Notes: generated by a model from the sequence alone, not told the origin. A stretch of DNA of 64,000 bases from Ginglymostoma cirratum (GCA_024137785.1 JAHRHZ010000041.1:15168385-15232384); one strand, 5' to 3'. Numbered from the stretch's first letter, positions 36,371 to 49,158 are shown. Numbers and translations are program-made.

Positions 36371-39350
36371 TAAGTCAAAGACTTTACAGATTCTGCTCCC
36401 TCTGTGGGCAACAGTCTACAATTAAATCAATTGCAGCCTCAGCTAGAAAATTTATCACCTCAAAGACTAAGAACTTTTAAACTGCGTGGCCTTATTTCTC
36501 TGTCCGTACCAGACAGGATCCCTGTTAAGCTTATTATGTGTCGTGCATGTATTTGATGTTACACTTTTATGATTTGTCTCAGGGTCAGTAGGTAATAAAA
36601 TTCTTCTTTCATTGAAGAAATCTTAGTAATTGGCTTTTTTATTTTCTAGTGAACTGCATTTTAATTGAAGCGTGCTAAGAAAATAAAAAGTTGCTGTCAC
36701 CTACTGAGGTGGTTAAAAAGACGGGCTGCAATTTTCATCCCTTCACCTGGTTGTAACAGCCCTGCCAATATTTTTTGCAATGAGAAATGTCAGTTGTGGT
36801 TTGGAGATTCTTTACAACGTGACCTGCCTTCCTTATGATTGTGCCATCTGATCCACAGTTGTACCTCAGGAGGTGACTGACAACAGCCCCAAAAGGAATT
36901 TCATTTACCATTGAATTGGTAGCCTCCAATTAGCCTCTTTCAAACAGTGCGCAGAAGGGAGTCTGGCCGACTGCTCGAGTGCTATACAACAGGCATAAGC
37001 AGCATACAGTTACCATCAATTGCAGACTGTGGAACATTTATGATCGTACCACATTCACAGCCTGCTGTGCAAAAATGAAAGCCATAAACATTGGTATAAT
37101 TTCCAAGCAGCTACTGATGTTCTGTGTTTTTCTAAAATGTTGCCTTGACTGAACTTGAGAGCACAGCAATAAAGTGCAACTCCATACAAATGAACAATGT
37201 TGTACCACTGCGACTAAGGTTGCTTGTGGAAGTGTAGGAAACCATCAAAACAATGATGCCTGTAGATATTTATTGTACACGAACATGTCACTCAATTTTA
37301 ACTGCCGGAAAGCACTGAAGTGTCCTTTTATTACGGTTCTGGATATTAACATGGAACAGTTAATGTCTAACATCAGAACATCAACTGCCAACTTGCCAGG
37401 GGCCGTTACTATTATGCAGGCGAGAGATGGAACACAAAATGTCTCTTGCGTTTTGGATATTATTTTCCCCCAATCTCAAACTAAATTATTTTTCCTCTTG
37501 CTGCTTTTTAGCTGCTGCCAAGTCTTTTGAAGCTGATTGCTGCTTCTTCTAAAAATGTCCTTTGATTTTTTTCTTTTAAATATAACAACATCACATAGTA
37601 TTCAACACAAATTTTATTCTGTTGTCTGCTAATAGCTGGAAATTCACTCCGGGTGAAGAAAGCAGTCTGACATGAGAGTTAAATGTCGTCAGTAGGAACT
37701 TTAGTAAAAACTGTGAGGAGGCTGTAAAGAAACTTTCAAACTGTTCTCTTGGACTGCAGGGGTAAAAAGCCTTTAGCACCATTATTCATTTTGCACGCGT
37801 GTCTGTGCGCCTGTCTGGCTGGAGAGAGCATTCGGAGTTAATAGCATTAGTATGAAACACCATAGGGGATGGCAAGTTGAACTTTCAATTCTTGTGCTGA
37901 TGGGAAAGAATAATGGAATATGCTGCTACAGTGACAGACAGAAAGGAACAAACAAGTCGGAGGTTCAGCTCAGTGCTGCAGGCGTCCATCGGCCTGAATT
38001 ACATTGAAAACTAAATCTATGATGAATCGTTCAAGACAGATCTAGATTTGTATGGTTTAAGATAACCAGTGAGTGATTAAAATAATCTGTCAAATTTTGT
38101 CACTTTCATTGATATTAAATCTGTATAATTAATATTATATTTATTTGCAATTTATTTTCCAATATCCTTGGCAAAGTCTTCTTTTTAAATGTAATTATCG
38201 AATGAATCAGTTCCATAGATAGGGTGCTTTCTTAACCTTACCTACTCAACAGATGGGTAATTAAAACTTGGGCTTTGAGATTTAGCTGAAATGCCCTCAA
38301 TGATGTGAATGATATTTAGCTGAAGCTGTCAAGATCTTTTTGATGATCCATTAGGAGCTGAATGAACTTTCAGTAGTGGAGTTGCTTCTCTCCCCCCACG
38401 CCCCCCCAAGTCAGGTAAAATTCACCAGAGTTCTACCAGACCATAGGGCTGCTGGGGAGGGGGGGGAAAAACAGGGAAGAAGAGCTAACTGAGGTAACCA
38501 ACCCTCTGTTCCAGTCGGGTAAAGAGACAGTGAAGAGAGGGACAGAAAGGTGATTAAAAACAATGGAGGCTCTCTGCCATTCCTCGTGTGGCCAGGAGGT
38601 GGTGTTCTCTTCCAGACTCCATAAGGAAATGATAGATCTTCCTTGCAGCCTACTGCCAGCTGGGGAAGAGAGGGAAGATCTCTCAATTCCCTGGCTTCAT
38701 TCACACTTGGAAGTTTAAATCAGGCCAGCTGAACAAGGCTTCTGAAGCTGGGGCTTGTTTAGAAATCCAGAGAGGTTACCATGAGAAATCACTTAATTTG
38801 GTTGCCAAGATTTGCAGTGTTCGACCTGCAACAGAATAGGGTGCTGGAAACCAATTACTTTTAACATTAACCAGGAGCAGGATAGGTACCTGAGCATGTG
38901 GAGCTTACAAGGTTACAAATATGGAGGACAAGATAGAAGAGTTAACGAGAGATGACAGGCCAAATGGCTTCCCTTCAGTGTTGCAAGTTGCTGTGTTTCA
39001 TGAAGCTGTGCCACCTTTCAAATATTTCTTACGATCGCTGCTTCGAGGAATGACTTGAAATCCCCTTTGCACCAACAGAGGATCTGACTGCAGAGCTAAC
39101 CAGCTGCTACAGTGTAGTGGCAGATTTTAGAGCCAAAACTGTAACAGGCTACAAATGCAAAACAATAGCTAGCTATTAAGAAGTTGCTGATGTACAGGTG
39201 ACAGACTGTGTTTCACCTCCCCATCATGTACAGTCCCTCCTGTACTTCATAGATACCACTCCCCTACAAAATTACTGCAAGTATCTTGCCTCCTCCAAGC
39301 AAAGGTATTACCTTAACGTACAAAAACATCAGATTTTTTTTTTTTTAAAA

Positions 39351-39503
39351 GAGATAAAAGGTACTGCAGATGCTGGAGAATCCAAGATAACAAGAATGGG
39401 GCTGGATGAACACAGCAGGTCAAGCAGCATCATAGGAGAAGGAAAACTTGACGTTTCGGGCCTAGACCCTTCACCAGAAATGGGGTCTAGGCCCGAAACG
39501 TCA
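39351..39503 (-). mobile_element. Young Neptune-type PLE-terminus element with short fold-back
   Basis: Near-identical to rc of 1-124; perfect 21-bp inverted repeat 39449-39469 / 39483-39503. Confidence 0.88.
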
Positions 39504-40003
39504 GGATTTTTTTTTAAGCTGGTAACTGATACACAGCAGGCTCATGGCATGCTTTGCTTTGCTATGCCACACCACATTGGTTTGGAAGTGTCGGAGGATG
39601 ATGCGTTGGATACGACACTTCCGCCATCTACAGTCAGACTGCACCACCAAAGACATCTTTCCCTCCCCACCCTTATCAGCCTTCCGGAGGGACCACTCCC
39701 TCCGCGACTCCCTTGTCCGCTCCACACTCCCCTCCAGCCCCACCACACCCGGCACTTTTCCTTGTAACCGCAGGAAGTGCTACACCTGCCCCCACACCTC
39801 CTCCCTCACCCCAATCCCAGGCCCCAAGAAGACATTCCACATCAGGCAGAGGTTCACCTGCACATCTGCCAATGTGGTATACTGCATCCGCTGTACCCGT
39901 TGTGGCTTCCTCTACATCGGGGAAACCAAGTGGAGGCTTGGGGACCGCTTTGCAGAACACCTGCGCTCAGTTCGCAACAAACAACTGCACCTCCCAGTCG
40001 CGA

Positions 40004-40403
40004 NNNNNNNNNNNNNNNNNNNNNNNNNNNNNNNNNNNNNNNNNNNNNNNNNNNNNNNNNNNNNNNNNNNNNNNNNNNNNNNNNNNNNNNNNNNNNNNNN
40101 NNNNNNNNNNNNNNNNNNNNNNNNNNNNNNNNNNNNNNNNNNNNNNNNNNNNNNNNNNNNNNNNNNNNNNNNNNNNNNNNNNNNNNNNNNNNNNNNNNNN
40201 NNNNNNNNNNNNNNNNNNNNNNNNNNNNNNNNNNNNNNNNNNNNNNNNNNNNNNNNNNNNNNNNNNNNNNNNNNNNNNNNNNNNNNNNNNNNNNNNNNNN
40301 NNNNNNNNNNNNNNNNNNNNNNNNNNNNNNNNNNNNNNNNNNNNNNNNNNNNNNNNNNNNNNNNNNNNNNNNNNNNNNNNNNNNNNNNNNNNNNNNNNNN
40401 NNN
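40004..40403. other. Assembly gap (400 N)
   Basis: Run of N. Confidence 1.
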
Positions 40404-40648
40404 CCACCTCCCTCACCTGTTTTTCCTCTCACCTCAAGCCACACCCCCATCTCCTAACATCATCCCGCCCCCTTGACCTGTCCGTCCTCCCTGGACTGAC
40501 CTATCTCCTCCCTACCCCCCTACCTACACTCACCTTTACTGGCTCCATCCCCGCCTCTTCGACTTGTCTGCCTCCTCTCCACCTATCCTCTCCTCTATCC
40601 GCCTCCCCCTCTCCCCCTATTTGTTTCAGAACCCTCTTCCCCTCCCCC

Positions 40649-40684
40649 ATTTCTGATGAAGGGTTTAGGCCCGAAACGTCAAGT
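40649..40684 (+). ncRNA. Minimal type I hammerhead ribozyme motif
   Basis: attt-CTGATGA-A-GGGT ttag GCCC-GAAAC-GTC-aagt; predicted cleavage after C40680; extra A after A9. Confidence 0.78.
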
Positions 40685-40745
40685 TTTCCTGCTCCTATGA
40701 TGCTGCTTGTCCTGCTGTGTTCATCCAGCCCCATGCTTGTTATCT

Positions 40746-41020
40746 AACAATCCTCAGCTCCACTTTCCTGCCTTCTTCCCATAACCTTCAATTCCCCCAT
40801 GGACTAAAAAAAAACACAGCCTTGAGTACACTTAAGCCAACCTCAACAGCCCTCTCTGGCAACAAATTTCATAGATCCACCCCCGAGAGAGAAGAAATTC
40901 CTCTTCACCTCTGACTTAAACGTCCCACCACCTATTCTCAGATGTCGCCCTCTGGTCCTAGACTCTCCCAGAAAGAGGACACAGGCTTTCAACAATCTAT
41001 CCTGTTAAGTCCTTTAAACA
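40746..41020 (-). mobile_element. CR1-type LINE 3' fragment
   Basis: cctcagctccactttcctgccttcttcccataacc...gagaagaaattcctcttcacctctgacttaaa...ctctggtcctagactctccca. Confidence 0.8.
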
Positions 41021-42799
41021 GAAGAAAGGCTGGTAATGCGAAAGGAACTCTCAGGTATCATATTCTTGTTCACTATTTCTGTGCAAATCGTAAATCAGTG
41101 GCCTTGTCTATGACTTGTGAGAATTCATTTATGAAACAAATGAACCAGGATCATACTCTTCCTCCCCCTTATCCCTTTTCTGCTCTCCCCTTGCTCCTGT
41201 TGTCAAATTCCATTGTGTCAAGAGGCCTGTCAGCTCCTGAGCCAAGGTGACCATTTCTCATGTAGCACCATTAGCAAAGAGATTTGACAAGTTTTTTGAC
41301 CCAGCGAGAAAGGCAGGAGTATGATGTTGTTCATGCACAGCAAGGAAGTAATTCCCAGCTCACTTTTCATCTCAGTGTCTGTTGCATAGCTTTGCTGACC
41401 AGCTGCCTCAGGTTTTTCTGGGTTTATGCACACAGCCGTTGGTGCAGGCTTCAATCCTCCTGAAATCCGCTCCCTACTTAACCAGAGGTTTGCCCACCTC
41501 TTGCAGCTCCAATGATTCACTGCCATCAATCCCCCTTCTGCTCAGGAGAATGAAGCAGTCAGAACAGCCTTCCTTATGGACAGACTGCTGTTCTACTGGG
41601 TCATGAAGCTCAGGCATTAAGTGGCATAGCAGATGATGGCAACCCATTCCTTTGGCAGCGTTAACGTGTACGCTTAAAGCAAAGTAGCGTTGCATAGTCT
41701 TGCCTCATTATTGTCAATACTGCAGTGATAGAGTTAAACCTCAAGTTGGTCTGGTGTCCCTGAGCGGTTTCAATCTCACAAATCAAATTGGCATTGGCAG
41801 ATTTGCATACATTGACTGGACCACTGCAACAAAAATAGCTGGTGGTCTATAACCACCTGGTGCTCTCATCTCTGCTGTCAAAAACCTGCCACTTGCATGT
41901 CAAAAATTAGACTATGTAAAATGAACAATGATAGATGCTTGATTAAAGTAATTTATTAGCCCAATTTAGAGGAGAAATTTATTTGGCGATTAATGTCTCA
42001 GCCACTTTATGTCTTGTTTATTTTGATGGTAGCAAGGTGACCTCTCCCAGTACATTAAAGCAGGCCAGTGGACTCAGCAGCCGGAACTTTGGTTAAAGTT
42101 CCCAACAGCAGCCCCAACACCGAGTTCCTTCAATTCGTTATTAAAAAAGCTGCAAGACACCATTATTCTTGGTTTTTTGATATTCATCATTTCATAGAAC
42201 CATACATCAGCTGTCAAAGTTTTTCTTTACAAAAAATAATGCAACGTGAAAGATAGTTACTGGTCTAACAATTCACTAAGATTTTAGGAGCAGCAGGAAT
42301 GGGTGGTGTGGAAATCAGAGTACTTTGGAAGATATTAGAAAACCAACAGTCAAGTGAACTGACGTAAAGCCAATCATTCAACCGCTGGGTGTTTTTTTTT
42401 TGGAAAAACTTGTTATGGAAAAAAGCCAAAAGCACTGGAAAATTATGAATAAAGGTCTTGCAATCATTTTCCACCTTGTTCACATTGGTCTTTGATGTGT
42501 TTGCGCACTTGACTAAACATTAGCGTCAGCTCCTTGCCTTTGAGAGAGGACCCGTACCGGGAGCTGTTATGCCTCTGTTCTCACTACACGTGCTGCCCGA
42601 TGTGCTCAGTGCTTCCAATATTTTGGATTTTTACACTTGCACACAGTCTGGTTACATCCTCTATCCATCCTCAACTGCCTTATGACAAATGAATGATGCT
42701 AATACAGTGGTCATCATACAGGAAAACGTAGCATGCAACGCACACACAATGAGGTCCCACCAACACTAACTGGGCTGACAGGCGAGATAATTCTGTGGA

Positions 42800-42970
42800 T
42801 GTTGATTCTTGGATAAATAAGAAGGTAGAACACTCCCACTCATCTACGTAGGACCTTTTACATTCACCCATCTGAAAAACAGCATTGCTGACAACCCTGC
42901 AAGTATTGCACAGAAGCATCAACTTCTAAACATGGGACTTGATCCCACGGGTCTCGAGCTCAGAGCTGGA
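42800..42970 (-). mobile_element. Old Deu-domain/AmnSINE-like head, decayed
   Basis: cacccatctgaaaaacagcattgctgacaac...gggacttgatcccac...ctcagag. Confidence 0.4.
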
Positions 42971-43854
42971 AGGAGAGACAATTCATGAATAAATTTGTTT
43001 AATATTTTCATCACTGTCAGTTACGTCCTAAATTTCCAATGTGGACCCTTCAAATCTCAGTATGCACGTCTGTCACAAAACACAATAATGGCTAACATTT
43101 TTAGATATGTTTAAGATACTAGACTGTAAATGAAATTTAAGATTACAGTAAACATCAAATCTTGCACACCGCCCCACCCCAGATGAGATTACAGCTCCAT
43201 ACGCAGTAACTTTGTTTCTTATCACAACATTTTAGCTGTTCCTGGGGGAGTGTGATTCAGTTCCCTCGCCTTCAGCCACATCCATGTCCTCGACATCTGA
43301 TAGCGTGTTCCGGAAACCCACAAGGCAAGCTCTGAGAAATAAACTGCCGTGGATTACGAAGAAATCTGTGTCTAATAAACATTCCTTTGGGATAGATTAC
43401 ATCAGCATTATCTGTTAACTCGTGTTGCAGCTTCAGAGGAAAGTTTATTAAAAGGCCAAGCCTCTCACAGCCAGGTTGACTTGAGCCGGATATGAAACAC
43501 TACGAAACACATCAGGGCAGCTTTAGTATAGCAAGACAGGGGAGGGGTGAGGGGAGGGGTGGAGGGAGGGCGAGAGGGCGATTTGTAAGACTATACTTCC
43601 ATACACCAAGCAAACCTCTCGGCCATAAATCAAACAGGTACATGCATGGAGAAGTTTCTAAAACATTGCTCCAAGCTTGCAATCACGGGGAACAAAACCC
43701 AGCTGAAAGGTGGTTTTATAGATTAAACTGAGAACTACTAGCTCATTCAATTGGAGGAGCATAGTTAAACCTATCAAATTTATTCCCAAAATAATTACTC
43801 TACAGAGTTGTTTAATACTTTAAACACACAACCTTTAAAGGATTCTGAAGGCAG

Positions 43855-43947
43855 AGATAACAAGGTGTAGAGCTGGCCGAACACTTCAGGCCAAGCAGCA
43901 TCAGAGGAGCAGGAAGGCTGACGTTTCAGGCCCACACCCTTCTTCAG
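43855..43947 (-). mobile_element. PLE-terminus/HHR element with 16-bp TSD
   Basis: rc: CTGAAGA-A-GGGT gtgg GCCT-GAAACGTC-agc; direct repeat aggattctgaaggcag at 43839-43854 and 43946-43961. Confidence 0.85.
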
Positions 43948-44194
43948 GATTCTGAAGGCAGTTGAGCAATTAGTCAAAGTTAGCAGAGGATTGAGAACAC
44001 CACTTGAAGTGAAAAGACAAGTAAATACTTCCTGGAAGGTCGTACACAGAGTTTATAACTAAACGGAACTCATCAACTCCAAATGGAACTCGCAGTGAAT
44101 CCTTTAAAATTCTCTCAAGTATCAAACACACTGCAGCTGCTTCCAGCAAAAGAATGCGATTATAATCACAGAGCCAGCCGTTTGAATAGTTGGG

Positions 44195-44550
44195 AATCCT
44201 TGGGAATACTCATGAGAAGTCTGTGGGTTCAAATCCCAATTGCAGAGATTGGGCATTCTGGTGGAGTACTGACCGAGTGCTGTATTACTGGAGATGTCAT
44301 CTTTCAATTCAAATGTGATTTCACTTATTTTTTTTTTTAGGTAGACATTAAAGATTACATGGCAACATTTGGAAGTCAGGGGAATTTATTCCTGGTGCCC
44401 TGAAGGATTTTTATCCCTCAAATCAACATCACACAAAAAGCCCTAGAAAACTTAGTCAGGATCACATTGCTGTTTGAGGGTGCTTACTCTGGGCCACAAC
44501 ATTAATGCAGACCAAAGTCGTGAAGAACATTACATAATGCAGGTCAGTCT
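44195..44550 (+). mobile_element. Deu-domain SINE (SacSINE1-like)
   Basis: ggttcaaatccc B box; cctggtgccctgaaggatttttatccctcaaatcaacatcac...atcacattgctgtttgaggg resembles the Deu domain. Confidence 0.7.
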
Positions 44551-46204
44551 TTTCTATCAATGAGTACCAGCATTTCAGAGGTAGCAGAACACAGCTGGCT
44601 GACTTCATCGAAGACGGTCCTACATTCCAACATTATGATCAACGTCCCAGAGGTATTGACTGAACAAAACAAGGGACATAATGGCACTTAGGTGTCCTCA
44701 ACATCCTAGCTTCAAGCTAAAGTGCTGTCTTCTAAAACTGCACTGAGCCAGGGTGATAAAAGACTTTGTAACATTCCCAATCCAAGTTAAGCCCGTGTTG
44801 TACATTTCATTGTCTAAATGGTTTTCCACCATAAGTCAGGCTGGTAATAGAATGGCTCTCTCTTGCTTTGGAGAGACATTCAACGACAAAGTAAATGTGG
44901 GGGAGGCCACTAACCAATTGGAGGTTGGGTGAAGTTAGCATCTTTGCGTCTGCATTAAGTAGCAAACAGCAAATTTTACAGACTCCGCAAGAGCCAAGTG
45001 CGAAGAACATTAGAGGGGCTGGCACAACCAATAACCTTGAATTGGTTCTTCAGTTACAAAACAGAAGCCTGCTCTAATTCAGTACAGGGCAATTCAACAG
45101 TTGCTTGAAGTGATAAAGAAATTTGTTAACACAAAAAGGATGATAAGAATATTGAATTTGGTGTGGCAGTAAATTCTATGTTCCAGCATCTAACAAGAGA
45201 ATCGCTGAACTGCAAGATCATCCATAAATTTATTTAATGCTGTTTGAAAACAGCTGACCCCAAACCCAAATGGCCTGAATGACTTCTTGCTGTGCTGTAC
45301 TGTTCTACACGCGATGGGGAAACATATGTTTGATGGAGAAACAGCTTAAGAGCTCTGGAAGGTGGGTGATAATTATGAGAAGCACTTCCACTCTGTCAAG
45401 CAACCATGGCAATTTCATTGTGAAGGGTGTTTCATCACACACATACATCCCTCTGTCTGACTGAGGAGCATAATATCGTAATGAAATTGGACTGAAAGCT
45501 AGAAACTCCCATGATGATTTTTGAATAATTAAAAAATAATTTCTCACACCCAATTAGCCAGCAGGTGTCTTCTTTTGGCCGAATTATCATGTTGTTAATT
45601 AAGTCTGCAGAATGGTTTGGAATTAGTCATCAAGCTGACACCCACAAAATCCCATTAATAAGGCAGGAAGGAGGGTGAGGAAAAGAAAAATTGTTTTTTA
45701 AAACTAAAAATCTTTCTTCAGTCAAAGCCAACAGATGTTTTTATGTTGTCGTCTTGTTGCTTGATTTCTGATGAGAGAATGCAGCCTTCATACGACATTT
45801 ATACAACGCTTGTAATCTGCACTGATTCCTGTGAAATGTGGAAATGAACTCTAACTCAGGTCATTACCCGAGTTAGTTTCTGTACTTTGGTGCTGCGCTG
45901 GGAGCATCAACAGCGTTAGAAATTCACGAAAAACTACCAGTGATGTACTGGAACATGTCTTTCTGTATCTTCACTCCACTGAAAACCCTAACAATATGTT
46001 TTCTAAACAAAAAAAAAATCAGTTTTGAAATTTCATGAAACGAGGCTCAACAGCAAGCAGTGGTGGTGGTGGTGGTTGGGGGGGGGGAAATATTCCACAT
46101 TTCCAACATTAATGTAAAAAGGAGCATTGCCCAATCTCAGCCCCAAAAGTCCCACTCTAACTTTAAGATAGAACAGCAGCTTGGTTGGTCATTTGTGGGG
46201 CCAG

Positions 46205-46720
46205 GGGGCGGGGTTGGGTTAGCTCAGTTGGCTGGTTGTGGTGCACAGTGACACCAACAGCATGAGCTCAATTCCCACACTGGCCTGGGTTACCATGAAG
46301 GACTGTCCTTCTCAGCCTCTCCTGACACGTAGCGTTCCTTAGGTTAAACCACCAGTCGCTTCTTCCTAAATGGAAGAGCAGTCCTACAGTCTGGCAGGAC
46401 TCTGAAGACTTTACCTTGATCAGAGCACTCACTGGGTTCCAGGTTCAAGGCCCACTCCAGTGGTTGAGAGTGAAGAACAAGTCTGACACTGTGGTGCAGC
46501 AGTGAGGCAGCATTTACAGTCAAAAAGGTGCCACCTTACAAACAAGGCAACACGTACTCTGGTGAGCTCTTTAATGACACTAGTCAGCTCCTGAGAGACA
46601 GCCCTTCTTAGCAGCTTCTCTTGCACAGTTAACCCTTTCTGTAACAGAATACTGAAAGTGTTGGCCGAGCAAGCACTGCTCACATCCCACAAATGGACTT
46701 TTTTAAAAAAATACCTCCAC
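46205..46720 (+). mobile_element. Two adjacent tRNA-derived SINEs (46205-46417; SacSINE-like about 46425-46720)
   Basis: ttagctcagttggctgg...caattcccacactgg...gactttacct; ggttcaaggcccactccag...ctgacact..gtgcagcagtgag. Confidence 0.55.
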
Positions 46721-49077
46721 AAATCAGTAGCCTAGACGGATATCTGCCGAGAGGATTGGTGACAGGAAGTCTACCCAAAGCTTCTCAGCACGATATTACA
46801 AGATGGTGAAAACAGCAGCGAGGATTCTGCTTTACAAAGATCCTGGCAGTGTTGGACACCTCTACTTGTCATTTAGGACCATTTTATGCCAGTCACTGGG
46901 CCCAGTCTCTGTTCCATTGAATTGTGATTGGCAATCGGTTAATCTAACACAGCTCACTGGTCAGGACAGAGCCAGTTCCAGCTGGTGCAAAGTCCTATAA
47001 TTTCCAAGGAAAAAGGTGGTGATCAGGTAGGATGCTGTATGGCATAGCTGAGGGCCAAGGTTCCAAATCTACAAAGCAAGATACTGAATAGAATTCAAAG
47101 CACAAGTAGGTCAGACACTGTTTTATTGAATTGCAGCGCTGGGGCAGGCTCAAGGGGCCGAATGGCCTACTTCTGCTGCAACTTTGTCCGTTTGTATGAG
47201 CAGGCTCCGACAGTACTTTAAACAAACAGATGCACAGGTCAGAGCTTGTACTGTGCAGAGAATTCCAACTCGTTAAATTTAGGGAACTGGATTGAAAAGC
47301 GACATAGCTGACTCCCTTCAAATATTGAAGTAATGCTTGTGCATAATTAAACCAAGGCCTGAGTTTAACAGTGGTTCAAGTTCCCTCTGCTCTGTAAATC
47401 AGTTACTGATGCACCCATTTTATGGGTGCAATCATGTTGATGCCTTTTTCTTTAAAAAAAAGATGTCTCCCCCATTTGAGAAAGAGGGGGGATAAAGTTG
47501 ACGTTAAAGGTCAAAAAGAGAAGCAAAAGGTCGTACAATAGTAAATGCATGAATTAATGCTTCCTACTCAAACACATGTAAATAAAAAGAGGAAGATAAT
47601 GGCCATGAATCAGCAGTCAGTTTAAGAACACAAGTAGACTGTCAACTTGATGCACCATGAAGTGGTAAGATACCATTAATCCCTATTAAAAGCAGGCAGT
47701 GCGAGACTGTTGTGGAGTGAGGATTTACATCAAATTAAATGAGCAAAGTCAAGTCTTGCAATGGCTGATGTCAGAGCATCATCTTCAGAGGCGCTGGAGC
47801 AGGTCAATGATTAGGCTGCTCTGAAATAAAAGCTATGGGGAAAACAGGAATGATTAACAGGGCCAGACCAGTCACAAAAGAAAATCATTCAGTCCGCAAA
47901 AACAAAATCCATGGGAGAACAGTGCACCAGTGCTAACTTACAGTGAAAACTCATGCATTATTCCCTTCTCTTGCTGTATGCAATTATTTTGCTCCTGTGC
48001 TTCAAAATGATTTGGTCTTGCTAAGTTACTGATTCCCAGCAGGGGTGTGATGCGCTTGGTTAAGGCACTGAGCCATGGCAAGGTATTACCTACCGGGAGG
48101 TGAAAACAGCAACTCGGGACAGAGATCTGACCCAGAACAATTTTCGAGCAGTGATTAGCAGCAGGTTAGGGGTATGCACTGGCAGGAATCACACCTGTGT
48201 TTTCAACCTGAAATATTGCTCGATGTTTCCAAGCAAGTTTCTGTGACCTCAACAGTTTTAGAACCTGCTGCTTAACATCTGCGCTAGCAATTAATAAAAA
48301 CTAAATAATTTATTTACTTAAAAACCAAAGCACAGTGATTGGAAGCAGAGAGAATTACAGAAATCACATCAAATGTTTATCAAGAAACCAAACAGGTTAT
48401 AAAGGCATGTGCACTGTTTCATAGAAGAAAAAACCCATTTTAAAAAAATCAGGAAACCTGACTATCTGGCAACGAGGACTGGAATCACAAGCACAGGTTG
48501 AAGACGCGAATTATTGAGCGTGAAGTTTCCAGTTAGAGATGTACAATTCAACATTCTTTTGAGGCACCCTGCTGCACAGATAGGAGCAGCTGCCAACATT
48601 ATAAATTACTCCTGCTGCACTCCAGTGTCAGGCATCAAAAAGCTTGGTCATCATCAACCTACATTTCGACCCCAAATTGCAGAAAACAAAAGCAATAATT
48701 TGAAAAAAAAAACCGCTTGCTGTGATTCAGAGGTGAACAAACCTAGATAAACCGCAAAGAGACACTGTGCAGCAGTACCACCCGTGGACTCAATAACCAG
48801 AACTCTCACTTCAGAGCTGTAATATGTGGTCAATATGAGTTACACACAGCCCCCACTAAACCAGTGCACTGCATCTGTTCATTAATTCCTTCTCTCGCAC
48901 TTACAGATAGATACACTCGGAGTACGCTCACCACAAGGAAGGCTAGGATGATCCTGTTGCTTCTTTGCATTTGCTTCCCCATCTTGTATAAATAGGTGGA
49001 CACTTCCTGTTATTATTTCCTCGGATTTCTCTAGATAACAGTGTAATACCCAATGCATTTTTTGTCTTCCGTCGTTT

Positions 49078-49158
49078 CTAACTTGAAACGTCAACTGTTT
49101 CTCTCTCCACAGGCACTGCCAGACCTGCTGAGTTTCGCCAGTGCTCTCTGTTTTTAAA
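49078..49158 (+). mobile_element. PLE-terminus tail
   Basis: gaaacgtcaactgtttctctctccacaggcactgccagacctgctgagtttc. Confidence 0.7.

Larger units (their letters stand above)
39583..40745 (+). mobile_element. Neptune-type Penelope-like retroelement, 5'-truncated, GIY-YIG endonuclease region plus pLTR (spans gap)
   Basis: Open frame RHFRHLQSD...AFRRDHSLRDSLVRS...GTFPCNRRKCYTC...FTCTSANVVYCIRCTRCGFLYIGETKWRLGDRFAEHLRSVR; pyrimidine-rich 3' region; HHR at 40653-40680. Confidence 0.92.

Noticed and set aside
39198-40747. Several long overlapping ORFs (189-344 aa)
   Set aside because: Inflated by the 400-N gap and the GC-rich PLE; only the GIY-YIG frame (39544 frame) is meaningful, and it is a transposon fragment.
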